Assembly: GCF_031769215.1 (NCBI RefSeq)
Contig: NW_026781946.1
Location: 248,001-312,000, forward strand
Source of the DNA: Ylistrum balloti
Taxonomy: Eukaryota
DNA length: 64,000 nt
Direction of reading: 5' to 3'
This document shows positions 42,566-55,106 of this stretch, piece after piece; the first letter of the stretch is position 1, and the number at the start of each line of letters is the position of its first letter. A model generated the notes under the pieces. It was given only the letters and a program-made list of their open reading frames with translations. It did not search any database and had not been told where the DNA came from. The translations under genes were made by a program, and so were the position numbers.

Positions 42566-42609
42566 CTAACATTGACGAGTCCCAGAAGGACGAAACATTT
42601 GTTTAATGC
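42566..42609 (+). ncRNA. Degenerate type-I hammerhead ribozyme motif
   Basis: TTGACGA-GTCC-CAGAA-GGAC-GAAAC-ATTT-GT-T-TAATGC: stem II intact, GAAA, minimal stem III; C3 and stem I damaged. Confidence 0.55.
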
Positions 42610-43501
42610 AGTTTAATTCATTGTTTGGCTCTGCCATATCTTATCTTAATTTGTAGTAAGTATTGCTGTTGACTGTGTGTTTTTTGTAAAATCGAAAAGC
42701 ACTACAAATATCACACTAAAATATTTTTAGTAATTTTGTGTATGATGATGGGACTAAATCAATATACGCATTATTATAATTTGTTCTCTATTCTCTACTG
42801 CATTAATTAGTTGTCCGTATACCATGTAGACATTTCCTTATCAACATAAATATGTACTTGTATATGAGCTGCACAGCTTAACGTAATAAAATGACTTTTA
42901 CTTGAACTAGTGCATGGGGAGCTTGTATCTTGTACACTTTCATCGATTCGATATGAGTTACATGACGGATGCTATATTTGACACAAGGAAGACAACAAGA
43001 AAGTATACTTGTGATGATAGCATTACGATACACCTGGACACTCTGCCGATTATTTTATTGTCTCTGCGATTTGTTCCTAGAACGGTCTTTTCTTCTTGAC
43101 TTTTAATCACCCAATAAAAAGTCTCTTTAGTGCCGCAAATGTGTTTTGTTTTATGTTCTTGTTTATATTTGTAAAATGATTCCACGATGTTTTATCATTG
43201 GTCAATGAGATCGAACCTACCTGGATACAGTCCTCAAATGATCTTCAATTGAAAAAGAAATTGTTACGTTCCCGATATTTTGCAGTGGCCATATTGTCAT
43301 ATATTTTCATTTGATTCCTCCTTTATGATTTTGTACTTGTATTTTGTAACTTTCTATGGTTAGGTAACGTTCTGTAGCTGAAGCTAACTGAAGTTCGCAG
43401 TGTCGTATTTTGAAGTTGCGTTGAACTTTACAACAATGTTTCTGAGTTAGAAAATAGGTAAATCCTGAAATTTAAGTATTTTAAATTACAAGAATTTTAT
43501 A

Positions 43502-43705
43502 GACTATGTCCATCGTATATATCCACCAGAACAGGAAATCAGAGACACGACAGACACTTCTATATCAGCTGCTTATCTCGATCTTTTCCTACAACGAAAC
43601 CAACATAGCCTTTCTTCAAGCTGTATGATAAACGTGATGATTTTCATTTTCATATTGTGAATCCTGGCTAGCAATATCCCTGCATCGTCTACCTATGGTA
43701 TTTGG
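43502..43705 (+). mobile_element. Second Penelope-like RT C-terminal fragment
   Basis: DYVHRIYPPEQEIRDTTDTSISAAYLDLFL / KLYDKRDDFHFHIVN / LASNIPASSTYG. Confidence 0.88.
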
Positions 43706-45879
43706 TGTTTGGTTTAAAACTTACTGAATTGCTATATAATAATCACAAAATACTTCAGGCACATACTTCCTTTATTTTTATCACTCTATAACCATGGGCA
43801 TTTCGTGAAACGTGAAAAGAATCCAACAATATGAATATTATGGATTTCCTTGGGGAATATTTCATTTCCTTTTTCTCATTTGACGCTTGTGCTGGCCAAG
43901 GTTAACATCACAGGGTCATTAACGAAGCAGAACAAGATTATCTTTCTAGGACACCTGATATTGTTATTCAGTAAATGTTTAAGAGTATTCGTATTGATCC
44001 ATTTTTGTTCGTGTTTTGGATTTCGAATTTGGATATTCTATGTTTTCTGTTGTAATACTGTACCAACCTCTCATTCCAATATTGGATTCCATTAATTACT
44101 TTCATTGGTAATTTAAATACAACATTTCATAAAACGGCCATTTTCAGTCGAATGCTACAGTTTTTGATCGGCAATAAGTTCTTCAGTTATGTTTCACTGC
44201 TTACATTGAATTTGAAAGTCGGGTATCTCCCGTTTTCATTTCCGTTTTCCTATGTTTCTCATGATGTGTAGTGCGAGTTATAATGTACTCGTACAGAAAT
44301 AATTTCATTTGTTGACAAGTATGTATCACCTCTTTGTCACAGGGTATGATTTATATTAACTGCTGACATATTTTAGTTGTTTTGTTCCAATTTTGTTCAA
44401 TGTTATAATAATTGGAAAAATGACAGATAAAAGTAACGACGATGAATGACCATACTCTTGGTATTGTGTTCCCAATCTCTTTTCATTTGCTCAACTATTA
44501 TTGACATAACGAAATGTACAGTGTCAAAGAGAATACAAAAATACAACGAAAGGGGATATAATGTCAGAAAATGATCTATGTTGTTTTATCTTCAATAAAT
44601 TTCAATGATCACAAAAATTTGAAGAAGTTCTATTCACATCATGTCTGAAATGATTATCGCATCGTTAAGATATTTTCCTGTTCATATCTAATTCTTGACG
44701 CAACTTTCAGGCAAACGTCTGTTAACTCCAGGAACCGGAAATGACGTAGACATAGTCTGGATGCTTTATCCCCCAGTCCGCTATAGAAAGGTCGTTTGTA
44801 TTTTACAGAAACGTGTCAAGGTAAAACCTCTTTCCCAAGTAACTAAATCACATAATGGATTTTTATATGTGAATATGAGTCGTGTTTTCTCTCGCTAATT
44901 TGATAAATTCTTCCTCAGCTATTATCCTGTTCTATTAATTTGTTTCCTGTAACCATTGTTTTGAATCGGGTCGATGTTGTGGTGTATCTGTTCCCATAGT
45001 CAGTGAACTAGTGAACAGTGATTACCCAGGCGTAATTGTTACAGCTGTGTCGACATAGAGCTACACTTATTGCGAAAACTACAACGGAAATACGAGTGTC
45101 TTCTATAACACAGCCATGACCCTTCCATTTTCCATGAAAACTCGCTCATTGCTTTTGTTACAGATGTGTCTGTATTACAGCAAAACCAACACTTAAATAG
45201 ATACTTTTTTCTATATAAGATTAATTTTGATCACGTAACTTACAATTTATGACTGACGGACAGCATTTCCAAAAATGACTGCTATCTCTACAACTTGCTG
45301 TACGAAACAACAACTGTCTGTCGTACCCTATACTTATCTCACGGTCAATCAATAATGTTCTCTGTGGATCTTACAACTGCAGTTTTACAACTATTATCAA
45401 CTTAAAACTTTTCAGTATGTAATTCGCTGAATGAAGAAATTCAATCGAGATGTTTTCTGTGTCAATCAGTGTTAGAATGAACCAGAACAGTATAACATTA
45501 ACTCGCACACACGTCATCATACATCACTGTTTGTTCTTCATCGTCCGAACCGGGACTTGGTGCCACAGAAAAATCAAGGTCAGAGACAAATATTGGAAGT
45601 TTGTGTGCAATTGTGTGTCTGTCTTGCATAGTAAACAAAGTGATTTGGTTCAAGGCTGAGCCTGGTATACTTGTAGACATCATCAATAGCAAACGGACAA
45701 TTTGAATAAAGGTCGTTGTTACACAGCTATGTTTCTGTTTCCTAATGATAAATGATTGTGGAAATATTTTACAGCTCACCCTGAATCACTGCTGCATTGT
45801 TCTGAGTGTTTTATAGAATTGTTGATATTATTATGATATCTGTAATACTACTGTTATCGATTATAACAATAATGGTCTT

Positions 45880-46200
45880 TCTTGCAAGATGTCGGCGACA
45901 GACAAACTCAGAATACCTGCTTTTGAGAGATGCAAGTTGATGAAAATGATGAGGAAGCTTTACGGTCGTCATAATGATGTTCTGTGTTTGATTCTCTTAA
46001 GTATACCTGTTGGTTCATCGTTGTTTACCGTGTTCTCATTTGGGAACATGGCATTCTTCACTTGGATAGACCAATATTTACATCGCAGGTGTCGTCGAGG
46101 AAGCAGAATACGCTTACTCTTCCGGAACAACTGGTCTTCATCGCCTTGTATGCTCTGTTCAGAAGTCTTCGTGAAATCTTTCTTTTGTTCATATTTTGAA
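45880..46200 (+). mobile_element. Third Penelope-like fragment (C-terminus plus 3' terminal segment)
   Basis: TDKL...KMMRKLYGRHNDV motif followed by GCAGGTGTCGTCGAGGAAGCAGAATACGCTTACTCTTCCGGAACAACTGG. Confidence 0.7.
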
Positions 46201-49200
46201 TTTGTTAATTGAATTTGATTTTGGATTGTGATTCTGTTTACATGTTGGTATTTTCTTAGTTGTTTTCACAAATTCAATCAAAGGATATGAAGTTTTCTTG
46301 TATCTATTATTGTTGGTAATGATGGTGTATTATTTCTTGTGTATTATATATTATAAAATATATTATAAAAATGAAGTGATATTATAATCACGAGCATAGT
46401 TGTAATATAAAGTTAACGAAATTCAACGCGTGACAATATGTTATATTACAAGTAATGTGACGATATATCGAGAAGTTTATTACCACATTGTAACATCAAA
46501 CATTGTAATTAAACAAGTGTTAGTTAAATCTAAAATGCTATCTTATGTGTGCTACCGTATATATCATTCATCATGTCGACAACATATACAATGAAAATCT
46601 CTTGTGCCAGGCATAGAAAAAGTTTTTTGCAATGTCGGTTGTTTAATATCGACAGCATAACCGATTATTACACCCCACACTTCATATAATACATGATACA
46701 CATGTTGTCTTTTAAATCTTCCTTTAAATGATTTATTCATTATATCAATAAGATCCAGTAAAAAAAACACGTTCACTAACAAAATAGGTGAAATACCATA
46801 CATTTTTGTGCTGAAAAGAGTACACGATTACTACAAGAGATCAAGATATGTATATTTCATTTGTTTTCAATCTGATGTATATAGTGGTAAAATAAACTAA
46901 ATTAGATTCTTGATGCCATTTTAAAACATCCAAATCTTTTAAAGAAAACATTTTTATCAATTACTATTAAGACCATCATGTGATATGACGTAATGAACGA
47001 ATAATTCGCGTGACGTCATCGTACCACACATTAAACTTCAATTTCGCGCGTTTTAAATTAACCCAGAGAAGTTAAATGTTTTAAAAATATCCCGAACTTG
47101 TTAAATTTCTGAGTTTTTTTGACGGAAAATCCATATACCCAAACTCAATATTTTTGTTTGCTTTCTTGTTTTTGTTTTTTGTTTTTTTGTTTACACAATT
47201 TGTTATAGACAGAAATCAAAACTTAATGAAGAAAAAGTGCAAATATAAGGGTTAACTGAAGGATACAACATCCCGTCTGGTGCTCGTGTTTAAGCATTTC
47301 CTTTAGTACTCTCCACATTAAAAATACATCTTTATTATGCGAAATAACATAAATTATGCCATACATTCCCATCATAAATATATAAATATAACGAGATATT
47401 TTCCTTTATTTATCACACGTTTATTACATTGACATCAATAGAACATTAACAACGTTTACGTAATTATACTTGGTAAACTATCGTAGAATGAACATAATCT
47501 AAAGATATATTTACATCTCTTAAAAAGTGACAAAAGTAAAATATTTATGTTTGAATTAAATTATATGAACATCTGCTACAATGTCTCATACAAATCACAT
47601 GTTACAGTTGATAAAATTCAACAGGAAATATTTCTTATAGAATATATCATACATATATAGAGAAATAGGTTTATTACATGTTTTGTGATCTATAGTATTA
47701 GAATTTTTATTCATCATATCAGTAGTCTTTAAAACAATTGTGACCGTTCCTAGTTAAAATAGATCCAGACTAGGCTTTTCATGAAAAAAGGAAACGTACA
47801 CGAAAATATAAACCATGTGATATACGCGTTTGGAGAGGAAACTTACATCATATCGAAAGTGTCAACAATATTTTCCTACCGACACGATAAAAAGAGTTAC
47901 CGGAAAGCCTTCAGTTCTCCACTAGCTCCGACACTGTCGACTATTACCTTGAAGTGTGAAGGGATATTAACTTTAGACTATAATTGATATTCTTAAAAAA
48001 TATCGTGTCAAGATCATAAAATTCACCAGCATACTGTGGAAAAAATGAAACCCTTTAACAATTTCAATTGGTTGTAAAATCCTACATTAGAGACATGATT
48101 GAAGAGGTAAGGGAGTTAACGTAGTGTCTGATAAATGGCTTCAGGATGCAAAACAAAAACGCGAGGGGAAATGGATTTCGGTTGGTTTGAACAACATTCT
48201 GCTTCTGAGCGATATCACCAGGTCAGAAATTCAGTGATAGGTAGATAAAGAAATAAGCAGTAGAATTTAAATATATACCCAATCTTATGCGATGATGATA
48301 ACCTTGATGATAAAACGGATGATACCGTTGTAAAAGAGATACATATTATCTCTGTGTTTCATTGCTATTGCTCTTATTGTAAATCTGAATTTGGTAAAAT
48401 ATACTGATATAAATTATAAACACCATAATCCCGTATATTGTACTATTGATAGTAATTATTGTACCTGTTGATGATGCATTGTCTAATTTCTTTTTTGTTC
48501 ATACGTTAAGATTAGAACTTGTGATTATTTCATCGGTGTGATAGGTTTTACTGGAAATCAACAATAGATTGAACGCGAATCTAATGCACATGCTGTGCGA
48601 CAATCAAAGCCAGATATGAGCAACGTCACCTGTAGGGCTGACTACGACGTGAAGTCTGTTACTGTCACTAACGATGTACAATATATAATAGTTGCCCTAC
48701 ACGTGCTGTCACTAAGAACGGTCACAGCTGTACTGAAGGCTTTGCCCAACTACCCCTACAAAATAACATCTAATGTCTCAGTCGATGGAATCATGCTCAC
48801 ATCCCAAGTGAACAATGACGCCATTTTGGATATAAGTTATGTCAGTGAACGATTGACGTGAACGTGTTTTTAGAACATTATTGGACGGTGTTTTTCACTT
48901 AATTACAGCTGACATTAAAACAACTAAATTGTATTGACAAATAAGTGTGTTTAGACATACAACTTTAAAAAAATTAAAGTGACTAACTGAGGATTCAAAT
49001 AGTAGGAATAATCATACTAAAAGCGCATCTGTCTCCAGCGATATGATAATATTGGTGAGCAGGGAACAAATTGATGTTGAAAAATACATAAAATGGTGTA
49101 TATGATATTATATAATACTTTCTAGGATAATGCTGGTTATGTTAAAGAATATTTACAAAGTAGTAATTGTATCCTAATATATTGGCTTGGCTACATGTGC

Positions 49201-49579
49201 GTATTATTACCAATATGTTAACTGGTAAACTGTACAGACATATCAATACTGAACAGGTAACATGGAAGACAATGCGTTATGAAGTGATGACATCAGATTG
49301 TAAATTTACACCGCGCTAAACATATCTTTTGACTTTTAACGAAAATATTCTGGTAAGTAACAGCTTTCACCAATTTTGTTCAAGACCTCAAACCACGGGC
49401 AGAATAAAAGAAAATGGTTATCCATTTTTGTTACCAAGAACATCATATTTCGTCTTGTCTAAATTCTCGATGTTGTTGACGCCCTGCCTCCTGATAAGAT
49501 CAGGCATTAGCTACATTACGTATAATGACGGTGAACCGTTCTGTCCAATAGGAAAGGAAAATGTTCCATCAGAGGTCCT

Positions 49580-49810
49580 TCAAGTGGACAGAGGACGATA
49601 GGTACCGTCTACCGACCATACAGACATAGAGGGTTCCTCGGGTAACTCCGTGTGATTGTCACATGTCAGGTCACCATTATTGCTAGTACTGAACCGCCAT
49701 CTTGAAGCCAAAATGCTGATTATGGTCACCATGGTAATGATGAACACCATCACAATGACGATGGACAAAATGGCGATGACATTTGCTTGTGTGTAGAACA
49801 TATCAACCAT
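49580..49810 (-). CDS. Small single-pass membrane protein, 76 aa (or last exon of a longer type-I membrane gene)
   Basis: Strong acceptor ttctttttctctttcag 5 nt before the ATG; 25-residue hydrophobic stretch VIAILSIVIVMVFIITMVTIISILA followed by SRWRF and a polar tail; GC higher than flanks. Confidence 0.55.
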   Translation of the reverse strand: MVDMFYTQANVIAILSIVIVMVFIITMVTIISILASRWRFSTSNNGDLTCDNHTELPEEPSMSVWSVDGTYRPLST

Positions 49811-52734
49811 GATTTCTGAAAGAGAAAAAGAAAACGATTTAATGGATGTCATCCCGTTAAATGTATAAGTATGCATTATCCCTAACGCGTTCAGTCAAAT
49901 ATATCAATTTCAACCTAATTGTTTCAAAAGAATTGCTATTGGACAAAATATTACGTTAATTCTTTGGTAGCAATGACGATATACATATCCGTGGGTAATA
50001 CGTATAACGACATCTTACTTGAAAAATAATTTAAAATTAGTGTTGAATTCATGTTGAAATGAGAGTTTAGAGCACTTGACCGATCCAACTATTCCATGCT
50101 TTTTTTGGAATACAAACCAAGTAAGAAGGAGTTCCGATAAAAATATATTAATTTTCACAATTAACGAGCACTTTGTGTGATGGGATTTATCAAATCACTA
50201 CAATTACGAAATACATTTAATGATGAAACACCAATAATCACTATCCCGTATAGGTGTTCATCTTGTTGCCTGAACATCTGAAAAGAAGGACAACAGTGGA
50301 AAACGCAACTGCGTAAAAGAACAGAAAATTCTCGTAATTTGCATAATTCGATATAAACTAATCAGTTCGAGACAACATCTACCGACTTAAGTAATGAAAC
50401 AGTGTGTACAATCACAATGAAACAACTCTGTATTTGTAAAGAAGGGTTCACCGGGTACAAGAGAATGTATAACATGTACTGTTTCCTTGTAGTTAAGCAT
50501 CCTAATGAGTTTTCCGGTGTATCAGGACGAGTCTTTACATATTTGACAACACCTAAGGACTTTGCTCAGCAAGCTTTATCAAATTATCTTGATAGTTGAA
50601 TTAACCTTTTAAAGTTTCCAATGAAATCTAATACAATCACTACATCAGCTTTACACAAGACAAGCTAAGGAACAAAAAGTCAACGCAAGAGGAACGCAGG
50701 GAATACTAATGTGACTTGCGCGTCATAAAACAAGCCGTTCTACAATCGTGAAATGTAACAAAAAATTAAAAAAAAATCAATGAAAAAAATAAATATATGA
50801 AATAATAATAATTATAATCGGAGTTTGGGAAAAATTGAGATATGAATAAAATTTAGGTTTTTTTCAGGAGAAATTTTCTGCTTACAAAGGTTCATCGGAG
50901 ATGTTTCCAAAGGCGGCACACCCTAATATAAGCTAGTTCAAAGTAACTTCTTGAGAGTATATATAAGTATTTCTTTCTGAAGGTAAATGTCATTATCGTG
51001 ATTAGGTTGCTCTGAACTCTAAAATGTAAAGATAAAAGACATAGAATGACACTTTCTGTTCAAGAATTGATTCACAGAATAAATAAGTTTGTTATAACTG
51101 ATTAGTTATTTCTCTGTAGATGATAGACAAAAGTTAAACATTCCAAGTAAGAAAATATTCTAAAGAACGGAAATAACTAGCATGTAGAATAAAGAACATG
51201 CACTACTCCCTCATAAATATACTCATATTATCACCTTTTACTTTGTCTTACTAATGAGTGTTAATCTGTACATGGTTTGTGAATGAGTTATACCTAGTCA
51301 GTGGCAACGGCACAGAGAATTGGCAATCAACGTTTCTATTTGTCAAGAATGCGACGGTTATGTGGATAAAAACGATAACAACTTTTAAGTCAGGAGAAAC
51401 TAAAGAGAAAGAATTAACAAATTAATTACCAGAAGATGAGGAGGTCGTTAATTTGTGATATTTCCCCAAACACACAGAAAGCGCTTTCAGCTTGTTAGAG
51501 ATCAATCAATGTTAGAACTGCTGCAGGTTACAGGAGATGCTGACACTGCTGAGAATCCGAAATTGCTTAAAAATCACTGAATTGTTCAACGGGTTGAGAT
51601 AGAAATGTAAAATAGACACACCGATACATGCGAACGAACTTTCTAATATAAAAGTTAACGTATGAATATCAGTCTTTCGATTCCTGAGGAATTATTGATT
51701 AAAACTAAAGGCAAAAAGTCTTAAGTAGTTACTACTGACAATTGTACAAGAAGAATATTTCTGTTGAATATACATACGATATTAACTTTCACCACTTTAA
51801 AGTAGAAACGGCGCAGCCGCAATGCGAAAGCAGTAAACATGCGGGATTGCTGTCTCATAACAGGAGATCTTTACTATTTAGAGTGAAAAAATAAATTATC
51901 ACCTTCTCAAGAGCATAGTTAGGATAAATGTGTATCAATTTTTTGATATGCGATAGAAATAAACGTCAGCATGAAGGGTGCCAACGTTTGGCAAGTATTA
52001 ACACATGCGCTTATTAGAAACACTGACAGGGTTGTGTACAAAACGAATTGTTTTATGTGTTTTTGTTTAATATTTTTCAATGTTGGAAGTATTGATAAAC
52101 AATTCATCGATTTGCTGTAAAATTATTAATATTCACGGGTTCATTTTTTTTAATTTGTAGAAAGACATATCCATATATAGTTTACCAATTCGTGCACATA
52201 CGACTAAGCCTACACAGGTTACGATAACCCGACACGAGAATGAATCTTTCATCAGTTACCTTATTTTTTCATTCAACAGTGATGTTAATGGTGTTTTAAT
52301 TGAAATTTTGCCCTATCAAAATATGAATTATTTTCTTCCAGTACCATATTTAACATCCCAAAGATTTACCATAAACGCTACATAAACAATACACCGCCTT
52401 CCCTTTTGTTATTGATCATCCAGACTTGTTAATTATGGATTTCCACCATTTAATGAGTGATTTACGATATCCTTATTACTCTCACATGTCATGTAAGAAT
52501 TTTATTACTAGCTGGACAGCTGGTTTTCCCTAAAGCACATAAATAACTCAGACCAATACATTATACCTATTTGACAATTCTAAATGTCACGAAAGTTGCC
52601 ATGGTATGGCAGACGAAATAGATGTCTGCCATTAAAGATTATCGGTATACCATTTGGGTCAACCTGGCTTTACAGAATATAAGTATACCTTGTGGGCTGA
52701 AAGACATTACAGACAATCGATTACTGCAGAGTTG

Positions 52735-53585
52735 GTCTGATATTACAGCTAATCAGTTACCTTGAAACTTAGTATGACTTTGCAGCTTATTGTTATACCT
52801 AGGTAGATATTCTGAATTTACGGCTTATTGATATATATTGAGAGTTAGGTCTGATATTGCAGATTATTGGTAAACCTTGAGGGTTCATCAGTCATTACTG
52901 ATTATTGATATACCTTGACAGTCTGATATTACAGAGCATTGGTATATATTGAGAGTTAGGTCTGATATTGCAGATTATTGATATACCTTGACAGTCTGAT
53001 ATTACAGAGCATTAGTATATATTGAGAGTTAGGTCTGACATTGCAGATTATTGGTAAACCTTGAGGGTTCATCAGTCATTACTGATTATTGATATACCTT
53101 GACAGTCTGATATTACAGAGCATTAGTATATATTGAGAGTTAGGTCTGACATTGCAGATTATTGATATACCTTGAGAGTTCATCAGTCATTGCTGATTAT
53201 TGATATACCTTGACAGTCTGATATTACAGAGCATTAGTATATATTGAGAGTTAGGTCTGACATTGCAGATTATTGGTAAACCTTGAGAGTTCATCAGTCA
53301 TTACTGATTATTGATATACCTTGACAGTCTGATATTACAGAGCATTAGTATATATTGAGAGTTAGGTCTGACATTGCAGATTATTGGTAAACCTTGAGGG
53401 TTCATCAGTCATTACTGATTATTAATATACCTTGAGAGTTAATAAGTTATTGCAGATTATTGGTTACCTTGACAGTCTGATATTACAGATTATTGGTATA
53501 TATTGAGAGTTAGGTCTGACATTACAGAGTATTTGGAAACCTTAGGAGGTAGTCTGACGTCGCTGAATTTTGGTATATATGAGAT
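52735..53585. repeat. 111-bp higher-order satellite (39+39+33-bp subunits)
   Basis: AGTCTGAT at 52993, 53104, 53215, 53326. Confidence 0.95.
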
Positions 53586-55106
53586 GCAAATTGGTATTAC
53601 GGTCAAACAGCAAATCTAAAACAGTATTGGGAAAAGCGATGAAATTTTCAGTTCCTATTTAGACCATGGTTTCTGCAGGAGATATCACATCGGGAAGTGA
53701 TATCTTATACATTGACCAGTTCTGCTGATGATTTAAGAATTCGAGGTAGACGATTTGTAATTTAGAACAGACAGACTGGCAGTTCTTTGGCAAAAATGAT
53801 GAATTATGCCAAGTTCGCATAATAATTAATAGAGCTACAGACTTTTTATGATGCCTTATGGTCCTGTTTGTGTACTGTCTCGACGGTAAAGCGTTTCCAA
53901 GAGTGCTCGGAAATGAGCAGTGCCTTCCAGGAGAAGTAATTAAACTGTGGACGAGTGCGTTGTCTTTGACCCCGTGAGCCAGCCACATGATTGGTTGCTT
54001 TGGTACACCGACTTGTAAATAAATCTGCCCTGAGTGGGTATTTTATTACGTTAATACAAGGAAAGTACAAAGTTCTATTTGGACGAAGAACATTTGTTTC
54101 CCCAAGAGACTTCGAAATGTTTTGTCATTGTAGCGATGTCGTGCGTTTAAGAGTCGAGTCGTAAAATTTGATATGATAAAGTATTGATAGTAGCAGTGAA
54201 CTGCTGGGTCGGAGCTAGCGGAAAAGATACAGTGATGTTAACACGACAGATTTATAGCAGTCACCATGAGATACTTAAACTAGACAGTATCGCATATTTC
54301 CAGGCGAGCAAAGGTATCGTCTAATATTATCAATGTTTAGTTATGAAATCATGTTCCAGACTGACAGTTATCTAACGATGTCATGCAAATGCACTCATTA
54401 TCACGACTTTTATCTCCTGTAAATAAAAATGTTTCCATTTTTGAATGAAATAGAATCTGGTTTGACAAAGAAAATATTCCATAAACCCATTACCTTAAGA
54501 TATACTGGGAATAAAAATTGAAGTTATCCAAGTTGTGAAATCTAACATGGAAATCAAGGTACATAAAACGTGATACAGATAGTGCAGGCTGACAATACGC
54601 CAAGAGAAAGACGGTGTTCAAGCTAATGTTAAATATCCCATAGAACCATCTACATCTTTCAAATTCTGCATGCTTGTATAAATAAATATAAATGACAATA
54701 CAAAATATACAAAGGCCCATAGGGATCACATGTTTAGTGGACTGACCAAACATCAAAACGCCAATGGCATGTTTTTATATCATCCTTTTCATACAATTCA
54801 TGATTTTGTTACCTTCCTGGAATGTTATTCATTTTCTCAAATCTGTATTGGCATATTTATAAACAAACAGTTCAAAGGGAAAACAGTCAATTTTAACATT
54901 TTCAAAACATGCTATCACCAAAAATTAAAAGCATAACACAAAAAACATGGCGTGATATATTGAAACTTAGCCAATCATTTTGATTTGTGATTTATTTAAA
55001 ACATTTACTTGCATATATATTCTATCATTAAATGGAATTTTAAAAGAAATCCGGGAAAACTGTTCTCGAACAACTTAAATATAAAAATCAAAATCTTGTC
55101 TCCAGT

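Noticed and set aside
51300-51700. Possible decayed B-box/TRIM or recombinase fragment (SICQECDG, FPKHTE)
   Set aside because: Many stops and only short, non-diagnostic motifs.
52880-53410. CTGATGA plus hairpin on the minus strand of the 111-bp satellite as a hammerhead
   Set aside because: No GAAA after the stem and no G10.1-C11.1 pair.
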